Origin: Callorhinchus milii
Taxonomy: Eukaryota
Length of the DNA: 64,000 nucleotides
Reading direction: 5' to 3'
Assembly: GCF_018977255.1 (NCBI RefSeq)
Contig: NW_024704743.1
Span: forward strand, 80,292,001 to 80,356,000
A program made the translations under genes and the position numbers. How positions within the stretch are numbered: the stretch's first letter is position 1; each line of letters starts with the position of its first letter. Of this stretch, positions 1-15,553 are shown piece by piece. A model generated the notes under the pieces. It did not search any database. It saw only the letters and a list, made by a program, of their open reading frames with translations, and was not told the origin of the DNA.

Positions 1-39
1 TGATATTAACCAAGACAAACTTGAGAAAATCTCTGACAT

Positions 40-175
40 AACACACGAGGGAAAGAGGAAATAGAAGAGTGTGGGAAGGAGTGAGGAGTGGGTGGAGACT
101 CATGTGGAGTATAAACACCGGTGCAGACTGGTTAGGCCGAGTGACCTGTTTCTGTGCTGTTCATTCTTTGTGAAC
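40..175 (+). mobile_element. CR1 LINE 3' end fragment
   Basis: GGAGACTCATGTGGAGTATAAACACCGG...GGCCGAGTGACCTGTTTCTGTGCTGT is the same tail that follows CR1 ORF2 sequence at 36140-36360. Confidence 0.7.
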
Positions 176-254
176 CTTTGTAAATCCATTGAAGCTCTCT
201 TTGGTTAGTATTCACTGTATGCAGTATTCAAAAGACACCTTTTTTAGTAAACAA

Positions 255-825
255 ACATGACAGCCAGTTTTCACAAGGCAAGATCCCATACACAACCATG
301 AGATGAATCACCAACATTATTTTGACAGTGTGTTGGCCAATACACCGGGAAAAAACTTTTCTCTTTTCAGATGGTGTTGTGGGATCTTTAACTTCAACCT
401 GAGGGTAGAAGGATTGGATCTTTGTTTAACATCTTATCTGAATAATAATAATAATCCTTGCATTTCATGTAATGCTTGATCTTGTTATCAAAACATCACA
501 AAGTACTTCACAGGATTTACTGTGAAGTGGAGTCACTGTGTATTGTAGACAACACAAGAGCCAGTTTGCCACAACAATGTCCTACAAAAAAACATGAAGT
601 GAATGACCAATTTTATTTGGAAACTGTTGGCCAGGACACCCAGAGAAACGTCCTTCTCTTTTTGAATATTGCTATGGAATCTAATGTCCACCTAAACAGA
701 CAGAGGGGATCTTGGTTTAATGTCTCATCTGAAGAATAACACCTCCAACAATGCAGCACTCCCACAGCACTGCATTGGAGCATTTTTTGACCCAGACACA
801 AGAGCGCAACCGAGTGAGCCAAGCA
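255..825 (-). mobile_element. Two adjacent old Deu-domain (SacSINE1/AmnSINE1-like) SINE copies (~255-442 and 443-825)
   Basis: Reverse complement of Deu-like core motifs (GGGATCTTTAAC.TCCACCTGA, GTTTAATGTCTCATCTGAAG...ACCTCC.ACAATGCAGCACTCCC), with an (ATT)n tail at 443. Confidence 0.7.
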
Positions 826-3624
826 TGTTCTAATCTGGAACAGTAATATAAATTTATTACTGTAAATACAAGATAAGAATCCATGAAATAGCTCCAGGCT
901 TTGTATGCTCACGTTGAGCTGCAGCATTGTTCACTCGGGATGATTCCACCATATGTGTTAACAGCTATCGCTAGCCCTCATTTTAGTTAAATACATTTTT
1001 CCTGTGGTGTCGATTTGTTCTCAGCAGGTGGATTCTTGTTCTGTTTTTTACCTATGCTGTTCAAAGGGGACAAGTTCATTGCAGGGTAAAATCAGCCTCT
1101 AGAATAGCAGAGTCTGTAAATTCCATTCACATGTCATCACATTTGCTTCTGGCAAGAGTCTGCCCTGCAACAGACATCTTTCTTGCTGCGTGAACTTCTG
1201 TCACATGATTTAGTTCAGTCAAAGTGTGTTAGAAATGTTGAAAGCTTTAGTGCCAGATGGCAGCAATGATGCAATGGTGTCAATGCCTCGCTTTAGAAAG
1301 TGTATGTCAGTAAAATGTCAAGAGCAATACAGTAGCATCAGACATTGCTACTCCAACACAGTGTGCCAGGACTCAGGATCACGGCTCTGAAATCCCAATC
1401 TTGACGTCAGGAGATAGTACAGGTAGCACCATGCTCTGTCCCGCCGTGAAAGGCACTATACACCTGTAATTTGTTGTTGTTGTTGTTTATTGAAAAAATG
1501 ACCAATTTTATCAGGGTGATTGTTGGCCAGGACACTCAGATGAAACTCTTTTCTCATTTTGAATCTGCCTTGGGTTCTTTAAAGTCCACTTGAACAGTTA
1601 GACCAATTTTGTTTAATGTCTTATCTGTTGGATGCCACCTCCAATAATGCATCTGAGAAGTGACAGTACCTCTATCTAGGCAATGAGTCAGGCTCTTTAT
1701 GTGGAAAGGCCTCAGGCTGTTTATGCTGCAAGGTACCTCTTTCCTAAAGAGTCTTTTTTCAGTCCCTCTGATGCCATCGCATTACCAATTACCTTGGATT
1801 TTATAAAACAGAAAGCGTATTCTTAATTCTCCTTTACAATCTGTTCTCAAATCCAATATGTCTTTATCTGAAATTACTAGCTGCAGCCAAGCAATTGAGC
1901 CTTAGATTATGCTGAACTTTGTGCTAATGGCAGTTAAATGCTACTATACAAAGACAGGATGCGTTTCCCAGCCATGACCCATCATTTATATTCCACAAGT
2001 GTGGCACGCTGAATAACTTACAGTTGACACAGTCATGAATGAGTTATGTTAGCCTCATGAGTGGAATATGAATCATATTTCACAACTGGTTGAGACTTAT
2101 TGTTTTTAGCTGCATGTTCAGCGAGCTTTCATTCAGAATCAATTATTGCCTCAAAAAATGCTGATGAGAATGATGATATCCTTTCAGCTTTTCTCCATTC
2201 CTGTTGTTGTGATTTTTTTTTGAACAGTTGTTTTAGACCAGCAAATTCTAGAAACAGCAAGGGAAACAATAACAACTTGCATTTATATGGCGCTGTTCAT
2301 GTGGGGCATTGTCTCGGAGCACTTCCTGCAGATACATATCAGTGGTAGCGCCCAAGCTTTTTCCTCACAAGGACAGAAACACACACAGTGGTAAACTGGG
2401 TTTGTAATGAGCCACTCCAAGTTAATTAATAACTAGCCAGAGGGAGATGACTGAGCTGATTCTTCTGACTCACAATGTCTTCAATACAATTTACCTGTTG
2501 CCGTCATCAATGCTTGCTACTGTACTAAACAAGAATATTTCTACACAAGCATAAACATTAATGACGCAAAAAGCAGCAATTAATTTACAATTTTTAAAAA
2601 ATTTTGGGATTAAGTTAATCTCCAAATAAAGAATTCTGTCTTACAAATATCTCAACTTTTTACATCATGTCTTTTGTTTTAAGCCGGCACAACACTATGC
2701 ATTGCCAAGATCCAGATTGATTTACCCTTCCACATCTTCTGAGCTCCAGTCTCAGCTCTGTTGCTGTGCATCAGCACTAAGCACAGATTAGGTACTTACC
2801 AGAGGAATGGAAGGTAAATCAGATGAAGCAATGCCGCCATAACTTGCACCTAGCCGCTAACCTCAGACCAGAGTATGAAAAAGCTAAGACAACTCATCCA
2901 TCTTGTTTCAGTGACACAATGCAGGACTTAAAGAGTTCTGTAACATCCATCTGCACAGGCAGAGGAGCTTCAGATTAATGTCTCATCCAAATGTTCTCAG
3001 ATCCTCCAAACAGCAACCGTGTTCATTTGCACACAACTTTTCAACCAAATTGCAGAATATGAAACTGGTGGAACAACTTTGCTCTAAGATAATAAACATG
3101 CCTTTGACTCTGTTCTGATCTTACCCAAAGTTAGCTTGTGGTAAGTCAAAGACAACAATTTACATTTTTATATTTTTCACCCGCCTTGGGATGTCCTTCC
3201 GACATGAAAGGCAGTCACTCTATAAATGTCATTTGTTGTTATTATTATGACACCTTTCGCAGCAGGAAAACGTCTCAAAGCGCTTACACAGCTGACTAGG
3301 AACCTGAGCTGAGGGGTTAAGGGTGGGGGGGAAGGGAAGACAACGACAAACAGCTACGCATAATGCCACATTACCTGTTGTCATTCGGAAAAGTCATAAG
3401 AAGGCCATGATGTAGCCTGAAAGACAATTTGCCTTAAAATTCATTGTGAATTGTGAAAAATTCTTAAATTCAGTCATAATTTACTTTTTTTAAGAGTTGC
3501 AAAACATACAATAGAGGCTCAATTCAAGAAATTTCCACAATATTGCACCATCTTGAGACAAGAGTTTATAACCTAAGACTAGGTGAAATTTAGGGCCCAA
3601 GGATACCTAATGCAAGAAATATAA

Positions 3625-3945
3625 ATACAACAACAACATATTGCATTTATATAGCGCTTTTTGCATTGGGAGGACATCCAAAGTTCTGGATGTTTTAGGT
3701 TTGGACCCGAGCTGGAGGTTGTATTTGGGATGGGTGGGGGCTGAGGGGATGGAAAGATGACCAAAGTGGAAGGTCCTGAAAAGGATCTTGAAGGAAGCAA
3801 GTGAATGTTCACTGGAATGGAGTTCCAGTGACCGGGGGGCAAAAAGGCTGAAAGCCCAACCACCGATGATGAGGCATCCTGGGCAGGGGACGTGAAGCAT
3901 GCCTGCTGAGCAGAGAGAGTGGGCAGGTTGGTAGAGTATTATCAA
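3625..3945 (-). mobile_element. L2 LINE 3' fragment
   Basis: (CAA)n tail, tail stem-loop and degenerate ORF2 C-terminus (LLHVP..IGGWAFS..AP). Confidence 0.8.
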
Positions 3946-6654
3946 CCAATGCACAGATGCACATACACATGGGCGCGCACACACGCACAAACACACAAAC
4001 ATTACTGATGTTCTTTTGAGAAAGATTAAGGAGCATCGTGGGGGAAGGTTTCACAGTTCTTTGTATAGGTGAAACTACAAATCCCCAGTTTTTACTGTAC
4101 TTGCATGTAGCAGTTTATCATGAAATCATGCAAAACAAACAGTAACAATATGTGAACGGAAACGAAACATTTCGCGTTAGAGCGTCAATTGATAGGACCA
4201 CCTTGAGTATCTGTTTCCAAGGCAACATTGATTCGTAACACTCCCAAAAGTTATAGGTTGTGAAGATCAGTTTGTCTAGTGCTCAAAATGGCCCCTTCAA
4301 AAAAATTGTGTGTGCTCCATGCAGCGAGCTCTCTTTAGCCTCCCCTGTCCCCTTCCCCCTAATCCCCTGCCCCATCCCTCCCCAACCCCATGAAGCAATT
4401 TGCAAAGAGGAAAAATAAACCCAGCTTTCCTCTTTGAATAGTTCTGCTCATGTTACTAATGAACATCGACTCCAGAAGTAAAATCCAAATAAAGTATATT
4501 TGCACTTTTTCAAGTTGAAACTATTGCCCAGTGTAGTAACTCTGTTTGTAGTCAAATATGCCAGTCATGTTCAGCAACAAATCCCTTAAAATAGCCACCA
4601 GGTGAAAGTCCAATTAATCTGGAGGATTTGGGCCACGACACTGGGAAGAACCCACAACCTTATAATAATAATAATCCTTGCATTTGATATAGCACTTTTC
4701 ACTTCTGACTTGGAGGAAAGAATCAAACACACATATAAATTAGCCATTCAATCTATTACACCTGTGATGAGCAGGATGGGTAAGGGGTGCTCCTGTTTGT
4801 ATTTTCAAAAAGATTTGTTCTCTAAACTGCATTGTAGTACGTTTCAAGAAGCACCGTAAACATTGTTGATCTCAGCAACTTGACCTCAATGGTCTACCAC
4901 ATAAATAGGAGGTATCTTAACTTCTCAGTTAATTAGTGTACCTCTCATTTATTTGTTAGATCAGTATCAGAGCTATAAATGCAAGTTGTTGTAAATTAAG
5001 AAAAAAATAGGTGGGTGAACAGTCACTTGATTTAAATTACGTCAATTTTTTTCACTGTGAAAACTGACCCAACAGCTATTCAGGAGAAGCCTGCAGTGTG
5101 GTAAAGATAGGCTGTCCTCTGGTTCAATTCCCTTCCCTTTCCATACAGAAGGGCCAGATATGCGGGTGATACAATACTACATGTCAATTTCTCACCACGT
5201 GGACCGTCACTGCCACAAATCTACGTTCCATCACTCAATGCATAAAAGGCATAGTAACATGCATTGTCCATTAAAAAAGCCACCACAAAATAATACAGAA
5301 GGAACAGCCACATATTCTGCCACAAACATCAAAATTCAGGGGAGAAAAAGTCTCCAGTTATTCCCCTCGCCTCACACTCTCCTCCCACTAGAGCAAGATA
5401 TTGCTTCCAGCAGCAGAGCAATTTAGAACAGGAGCTGGATTTGTATTTGTGCTCCCAACACTCTCACTGGGGACAGAGGAGTGCTCTGAGCATGGTAGTG
5501 ATGCGTTAGCTTTTGATCCTTTTGACTGGCCCTTTGATAACATGAGGAAATGCTCTCTTAAGACATTCGTAGGTTCTCCTGGTTTAAAAGCTTAATTTTC
5601 TGAAAATATATTTTCAGAAGCGGTGTTTGAAACAAATAGCATTCTATGTATTTGAAAGAAAACTTGATGCACGCATGAGGGAAAAGGGAATAGAAAGTAT
5701 ATTTGAGAAGAGAAAAAGTTGGGGCTCATGTGGAGTTTAAACACCATCATCGAGCAATTGGCCAAATGGCCTATTTCCATACATTATTACTCAGTGTAAC
5801 TCTATATACTGTATATTTAAAGACTTGAAAATGTACCCTTATTTGCAATCATAGAGTAATGGCAACAGGGAAGTTTAAATCACTGTATAGTGCGCTTGTG
5901 AAGGAGGTTCTGTCCTTCAGCAGGTAATTTTTTGAAAAAATAGATAATCTGAAGTCAAGTGTCTGAATTAATTGAAATTCAGGCATTTGATGAATTAACT
6001 CAGTTCAGAATCAATTTGGGTTTAGAATCTGTAAACTCTGATTGCTCTGAAGTTAACTCTTAATGGTGCTCTTAACAGTTGCATTTTGTTGATTATTTGA
6101 GTCATGTGGAAATCGATCACCATGCTTAAGATTATCCATACCAAACATATGTATGCCGCCTCCATATGGAAATTTCCCCACATCTGAAATGCAATGTGCT
6201 CTCTCTCAGGATGCACTCTGCTAACCTGATTCCAGAGAGTATAACAATAAAATAAATGATCATCCATGCATTTGATATAATACCCTTCACATAAGGAGAA
6301 CGACTCAAAATATTTCACAGGATTTTCCTGTAATGTTGGTGACCGTGGCAGACACTTTGGGCCCAGCAATGTCCTGCAAACAAAGTGAATGATCGATTTT
6401 ATCTGATGGATTGTCGACCGAGACCAGGAAAAACTCGCTTCTCTTTTAGAATTGTGTCATGTGATTGTTATCACCCACTTGAACAGGCACATTTTTAAAA
6501 GCTAATTATGCTCAGTTCACTTTTCTGTTATTAAACATAATTTTTGTTAGACCAGAAAATAAGGATGGAAAAAAATCATCAAAAGTGCATGTCTTTGATA
6601 ACATCTTTTATATATCTAAGCTTCACACCTAAACGTAATTTAAATAACTTGACT

Positions 6655-8901
6655 ACAACAAGACAACAAGATTACATTTGTATAGTGCCTTTCACATCAG
6701 GAGGACGTCCAAGGCGTTGGACAGAGTATAGCATTTCAGACACGAGCTGGGGTTGGGGGGGAAGGGAGGGGAGAGGGAGGGGGGTGGCCGATGGAATGGT
6801 CGAAGAGGAAGGTCTTGAGGTTGGACTTGAAGGAGGCTAAAGAGGGGGCGAGGTGGAGTGACTGGGGGATGGAATTCCAGAGGTTGGGGGCAGAGTGGCT
6901 GAAGGCTCTCCCACCAATGGTGGGGCGGGTGGGTGGGTCGGGGGATGTGGAGCAGGCCGGAGCCGGCTGAGCGGAGGGAGTGGGCGGGTTGGTAGGGGGT
7001 TAGGAGGTCGCAGAGATAGGGTGGGGCGAGGCCATGGAGGGCTTTGTATGTGAGGACCAGGATATTGAACTGGATCCTCTGAAGGATAGGGAACCATTGG
7101 AGTCGGGCGAGAGTGGGGGAGATGAGGTCACGGGTTTGGAGCGGGAGAGGACACGGGCTGCAGAGTTCTGGATTATCTGCAGCCTGTGGAGGGAGGAGTT
7201 GGGAAGGCCGACAAGCAGGGCATTTGCATAGTCGAGCCTGGAGGTGATGAAGGCATGAACAAGAGTTTCAGAGGCCTGAGGGGTGGGATAGTGACAGAGT
7301 CAGGCGATGTTACAAAGGTGAGGGAAGGCAGAGCGGGTCATGGCTTGAATATGGGGGAGAAAAGACAGTTGAGGGTCGTACAAGACACCTCGGTTCCTGA
7401 CTGACTTGGTGAGCTGTAGTGTGCAACCATGGAGGTTGATGTTGCCGGAGCCTGAGGTGCTGAGGCGCTGGCGCGAGTCAATCAGGAGGGCCTCAGTCTT
7501 GTTCATATTCAGCTGCAGGAAATTTGCCCTCATCCAGGACTTGATGTCCGACAGGCAGTCTGTCAGGACAGCAGTGGTCCTGGAGTTGAGGGTGGAGGCA
7601 GAAAGATAGAGTTGGGTATCATCTGCATACACCAACAACAACAACAAGATTCCATTTATAAAGCGCCTTTCACATCAGGAGGACGTCCCAAGGCGCTGCA
7701 CAGTTGGGTCAGGACCCGAGCAGGGGGAAATGGTCAGGGGAAGGGAAGGGAGGGAGCGAGGAGGGGGGAAATGGCCAGGGTGAGGGGAGGGAAGGGAGGG
7801 AGCGAGGAGGGGGAAGAGAGTCGAGAGGGGAACTGAAGGCTCGGTCAAAGAGAAAGGCCTTGAAGGAGGAGAGGGAGGAAGCAAGGCGAAGGCACTGGGG
7901 GATAGAGTTCCAGAGCCTCGGGGCTGAGAGGCTGAAGGCCCGGCCACCGATGGTAGGGCGGTTGGGGCGGGGGACGTGGAGCAGACCGGAGCCAGAGGAA
8001 CGGAGAGTACGGGCAGGTAGGTAGGGGGATAGTAGGTCAGAGAGGTAGGAGGGAGCGAGGCCATGGATGGCCTTATAGGTGAGGATGAGGATCTTGAAAT
8101 CAATCCTCTGGGGGATGGGGAGCCAGTGGAGGCGAGCGAGGGTGGGTGTGATGTGGTCCCGAAGTCTGGTGTGGGACAGTACACGAGCTGCAGAGTTCTG
8201 AATGACCTGCAGCTTGTGGAGGGAGGTGCCGGGAAGGCCGGCGAGGAGAGAGTTCCCATAGTCCAGCCTTGAGGTGACAAAGGCGTGGACCAGGGTTTCA
8301 GCAGCGTGAGGGGTGAGGTAGTGCCGTAGTCTGGCGATTTTCCGGAGGTGATGGAAGGCGGTGCCAGTTGTGGTGCGGATGTGAGGGAGAAAGGACAGCT
8401 CAGGGTCGAACAAAACGCCGAGGTTCCTGACTGGCTTTGAGAGGTGGAGAGTGCAGCCTTGGATGCTGATGGTGTCGGCGCCTGAGGTGCGGAGGCGCTG
8501 ACGCGAGCCAATCAGGAGGGCCTCGGTTTTTCGCACGTTGAGCTGAAGAAAGTGTTTTTCGCACGTTGAGCTGAAGAAAGTGTGGAAGTTGACCCCATGT
8601 CTGTGGATGATGTCACCAAGGGGAAGCTTGTAGATATTAATGAGAGGGCCAAGGACAGAGCCCTGGGGGACACCAGATGTGACAGCGAGGGGGCTGGAGG
8701 AGAAACCGTTAGAGGCAACAAAGTGTAGAAGGTGAAAGAGATAGGAATCGAACCAGGCAAGGGCAGATCCGCGAAGATTGAGTAAAACAGAGAGGCGGTG
8801 TATGAGGATGGAGTGGTCGACAGTGTCCAAGGCGGCAGAGAGATGGAGGAGGACAAGGAGGCAGAGGGAGCCCTGATCACAGATGTTCAGAATGTCATTA
8901 A
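6655..8901 (-). mobile_element. Older L2 LINE (6655-7631 plus 8581-8901) split by a younger L2
   Basis: Joining 7631 to 8581 restores GVNFHMYADDTQLY of the L2 RT; 3' tail at 6655. Confidence 0.92.
7632..8582 (-). mobile_element. Young 5'-truncated L2 LINE nested in the older L2
   Basis: Has its own (CAA)n tail at 7633 and an intact ORF2 C-terminus (FLQLN.KTE...RLDYGNSLL...LHWLPI..RIDFK). Carries a ~44-bp 3' UTR duplication and a 28-bp duplication at its 5' junction. Confidence 0.93.
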
Positions 8902-9014
8902 ACTGCATTCCATAACAGGCACTGAAACGCCATTTGGCATGGCTTGGAATTATTTCAACTTTCAAAGTAATTTATCAAAGTCTTCACAAATGCAGATATA
9001 TCACATTTCCAGGT

Positions 9015-9965
9015 GTCAGCCTGGCTCAGTCAGCAGCAGTCCCACCTATTGAGTCAGAAGATTGTGCATCTGAGCCCATGTTGGACTTTGATCTTATAGT
9101 CTAGACTGACATTCAGTGCAGTACTGGGTGGGTGCTGTCCTTTTGATGAGATATTAACTGAGGTTTTGTCTGATAATCCAGAACTCTGCAGCCCATGTCC
9201 TCTCCCGCACCAAACTCTGTGACCCCATCTCCATTGGCTCCCTATCCTTCAGAGGATCCAGTTCAAAATCCTGGTCCTCACATACAAAGCCCTCTATGGC
9301 CTCGCCCCACCCTATCTCTGTGACCTCCTAACCCCCTACCAACCCGCCCGTTCCCTCCGCTCAGACGGCTTTGGGCTGCTTCACGTCCCCCGACCCACCC
9401 GTCCCACCATTGGCAGGAGAGCCTTCAGCCACTCTGCCCCCAACCTCTGAAACTCGATCCCCCAATCACTCCACCTCGCCCCCCCCTTAGCCTCCTTCAA
9501 GTCCCGCCTCAAAACCCTCCTCTTCGACCATGTCATCAGCCACCCCCCTTCCCCTCCCGACCCCAGCTTGGGTCTGAAATGCTGTACACTGTCCAGCGCC
9601 TTGGGACGTCCTCCTGACATGATAGGTGCTATACAAATTTAATCTTCTTGTTGTTGTTGCCTGCTCAGGTGGACAGACAGTAAAGATCCCTTAGGACTAT
9701 TCAAAAAGTGAAGAGAGTTTCTCCTGATATCCTAGCCAACAAACCCCCAAAATAAAATTGGTCACTCACTTCAAGGCTGTTCATGCCACATTGCTGTGCA
9801 TAAGTTGGTTGCTGTGTGCAAGTTGGTTGCTGTGTGCAAGTTGGTTGCTGTGTGTTGCCTGCAAAATACACAGTCACAACACTTTTAACAATAAATCCTG
9901 TGGAATGCTTTGAGACACGTTGACAACAGGACAAGGTACGATGTGAAATGCAAGGTTCCTATAAT
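9015..9965 (+). mobile_element. Deu-domain SINE interrupted by an L2 3' fragment; contains three copies of an 18-bp tandem unit (9791-9850)
   Basis: Deu-like motifs on both sides of 9173-9659 (GGTGCTGTCCTTTTGATGAGATATTAA...GTCTG|CCTGCTCAGGTGGAC...AAAGATCCC). Confidence 0.75.
9173..9659 (+). mobile_element. L2 LINE 3' fragment, same subfamily as 6655-7172 and inverted relative to it
   Basis: IIQNSAA...IQFKILVLTYKAL remnants and a (GTT)n tail. Confidence 0.9.
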
Positions 9966-10639
9966 TATTTATAGCATTGTCTCGTGCACTGTTTACCGGC
10001 TCCTTGACTAAAAACGACCAGTTTATTTCCTGCCTAATTTTCAAAACTAGTAGAAAAGGACACGATTTTCTTTGCAGGTTGTCATTTTTTTCTCAAAACC
10101 AAGTTTTTAGGAATATTAAGTTTTTTTAACATTGTTTGTCTGCCTCTCTTTAAGTGTGTGTGTGTGTGTGTGTGTGTGTGTCTCTTCCATCCAAATGATC
10201 TGCCTTCCTCATGGTTTTGTTTGGATAAAGAATGAAAGGGAAACTATGAGGAAGGTTGCCTTTCGCAGGAGTCCTGCTGGGTTTGTGCCTGAAGGGTGAA
10301 TGAAAGTGCTGTATGTGATTAGAGGGAGGAGACCGAGGAGGGTGAAGGCTGCCGACTCCAGGCTGTCAGACCGCACCAGACCCTGGCGTTCCCACCAGCT
10401 CAACCTATACGTTTCCAGAGGGATCAGGAGGAGGAGGAGGAGGAGGGAACCTGAGTCTGGGTGAAGTGAGATGAGTCACGTTTCCGCTTTCATTCACCAG
10501 GAACACTTCGATTCCCCACCCCCCCCCCCCCCTCCACACACACACACACACTCACACACACAGGAGTGTACTGAACTGCAGGGCAGGGCTGGCGGGGAGG
10601 AGCAGACCCCTGCGATCTGCAAACAAACGCTTGTGCTGA

Positions 10640-10883
10640 GCTCTGTGTACCTCTGAGTGTTTGTGTGCTGTGTGTGTACCTGTGTGTGTGTGCACCTGTG
10701 TGCTGTGTGTACCTGTGTGTTTGTGTGCTGTGTGTTTGTGTGCTGTGTGCACCTGTGTGTGCTGTGTGTACCTGTGTGTACCTGTGTGTGCTGTGTGTAC
10801 CTGTGTGTGCTGTGTGTTTGTGTGCTGTGTGTTTGTGTGCTGTGTGCACCTGTGTGTGTGTACCTGTGTGTGTGCACCTGTGT
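10640..10883. repeat. Compound TG-rich microsatellite (TGTGTGC / TGTGTACC / TGTGCACC / TGTGTT units) upstream of LRATD2
   Basis: Directly visible. It produces the spurious Cys/Val- and His/Thr-rich ORFs in the track. Confidence 0.95.
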
Positions 10884-10889
10884 CAGAAA

Positions 10890-12900
<2,011 letters not shown>

Positions 12901-14807
12901 GATGCTGTGTTGGGGTAATGGGAATTCAATGGCTTCACATGGCTCAGTGGTGACAGGAAAGACTTGAAATGTCCAGTGTTTAGTCACGAAACGGACCCTT
13001 CCCTCACTGTTTATTTGAGTTAAGAGGAATCATGATTTGCATACGTGGGTCATGTTTTAACACGTTCTTACTTTTTAAGTTCTGTCCCTCTTGGTTTCTC
13101 TCTCTCTCTCTCTCTCACTCTCCTCCCTTCTTAAGGTTGGTCTGAATCCTCAGTTGATCTAATGTTGTTAGGAATAGGATGGCTTTAAAGGGAATTGTTA
13201 GTTACTATCGATGCACCACCTCGGATTTACTGAAGTACATTTTATCAGATTGTCCATACTTCTTGCACATCTTATTAAAACTGAATTTAAGATATTTTTA
13301 TAACTATTTTTAATTGTGCATTGTCAGCAGTAAGTTAATGAATTACTGTGTATTGTTTTGCCTGCCTTAATTTGTGTGCTTGAAATGTTTCCTGAAAAGT
13401 TAAGTTGAAGATCAGCGATGCACAAAGTTGTATAGATAATGTCTTTAGAAAACACTCGATTGACCGAAAACAAATGTAATAAAAGATATTGCATTACCTG
13501 ATTTTCCATGGGGTTATCCATGCAGGTGTATTTATTTAACCAATGGAAGTGGAGTTGCTATCAGTATTGGCTTACTTTTATCTAACAAACCCTAGTACCT
13601 GATTTTACTAGACTAAAAGCCACACTAGTCCAAAGTCTTAAACGTAGTTCATGAAAAGAAACCTGGGCTTCTTCTAATATACTAATTAAATATGCATGGA
13701 AAATGTAGAGAATGAAGCAAATCCCATTCTCAGTTCTTCTCTCCTCCCTTAGAACACAAAATCACAAGCTTGGAGTTTTAATGTGACTTGAATATGAATT
13801 AGAAAATCTTGGTTGTGACATCCCTTTTGCAAAATTTCTTGAGTGGACATTCAAGTGTAGTCGTGAGACTCTTATCGTGAGCTAGAGAAAAGATGAGACG
13901 TGAATTTGAGGGATTCCTCTGAGTGTGAGAATTCAGGGCTGTGCTCCTGAGCACTGTGGAACTCTTGGTTGCACTTTTTATGTAGTTAGATTGAGACGCA
14001 ACTGTGGTGATTTGAGACTTCTGTTTCAAACTGGCAGCTGCCACTCCTTTCAGTCAAGAGTAGCATCATGATTCATAAAATTGCTGCATAGGCTAAAGGA
14101 TTCTGCAACCCACAGTCTGCTCCACGACCACATAAAAGTAAAGCCCTATGGAGGCAGGGACCAGTGTGAGACTTCTTAAATTAGCAGATGAATAAAAGGA
14201 AAGTGCCGTCACACAAAAAAAAGTGTAAAAAAAAAAGGCAGTTAAGCTACTCAGAGCAAAACAAAAACATTTGACATTTGGATTTTAAGCTTGCCTTCAA
14301 ATTGTCACTCTTTGAACAATATTCCTGAATGTGTATATTGCAGTGGAATTACAGTAGTGTTAAAACAAATATGTTGTCGGTATCCTTAATTAATTCAACA
14401 AGCATCCTGGCCTAAAAAGTAAACACATAACTGCTTTATTGAAATTAACTTCATAGCTCTTGGGCATGAGTGATGTGGTGCAAGCAGGTGATGTGTCACC
14501 CATTTGTGTTCTCAGCATCCAGTGTTATTGGGATAGCCTCAAGAAGCAAATCCAAAAAGGTGGCTCGTTGCTGAATAAATGTAGAGACTAAATTATCTCA
14601 GTATCTGCAAGCAATAGACATTTATCAACTCCTGTGCAGACTGCTCACTGAGCCTATGCCTTAATTAACAAACAAACATAGTTACCTTGTTGAAATGAAC
14701 TTCACTAACTCACAGCATGAGTGATTTGATGCTAGCAAGGGACATGCTGACTGTTTAGAGGCCTTTTGTTCATCTCCCACTCTGGTGTGGCTCAGTGGCA
14801 TTGACAG

Positions 14808-15553
14808 TAATAATAATAATAATCCCCTTGCATTTGTTGTAGACCCTTATCACTTTGTTGAGACATTTCAAAGCACTTCACAGAATATACTGTAAAGTGA
14901 ATTAACTATATTTTGTGGGCAAAATGCAGCAGCGCACAGCAGTGTCCCATAAACAGTCGTGGATTGAGTGACCACATTTTTTTTTTGGAAAGTGGCATTA
15001 TTACCCCCGGAAAAGCGATCTGCCAATCGACTAACAACTGGGTTCCTATTTACTGTTTGGTATACAGAGGTCTGTAGAGTAAGGAAACTTGCCTAAGGTT
15101 TCGGCTTGCCTGGGAATCGAGCCCGGGTCCTCCCGCTTGCTTAGGATAGCACGCAAACCAATACGCTACAGGACTCCTGTAATAATAATAATAATCCTTG
15201 CATTTGATATAGCGCTTTTCACGTCGGGAGGACGTCCCAAAGCGCTTCACAGAACACACTGTAAAGTGAAGTGACTGTATATTTGTGGGCGAATGCGGCA
15301 GCCAATTGCGCACAGCAGTGTCCCATAAACAGTCGTGGATTGAGTGACCACATTTTTTTTTTGGAAAGTGGCATTATTACCCCCGGAAAAGCGATCTGCC
15401 AATTGACTAACAACTGGGTTCCTATTTACTGTTTGGTATACAGAGGTCTGTAGAGTAAGGAAACTTGCCTAAGGTTTCGCCTTGCCTGGGAATCGAGCCC
15501 GGGTCCTCCCGCTTGCTTAGGATAGCACGCAAACCAATACGCTACAGGACTCC
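14808..15553 (-). mobile_element. Head-to-tail pair of tRNA-Ala-derived SINEs (14808-15177, 15181-15553)
   Basis: Each has a GGAGTCCTGTAGC... head with A/B-box-like motifs, a central body, an L2-type tail and (ATT)n. Confidence 0.92.

Noticed and set aside
7709..8965. 418-aa ORF as a functional RT gene
   Set aside because: It is an accidental in-frame fusion of two nested L2 copies and lacks the YADD catalytic motif.
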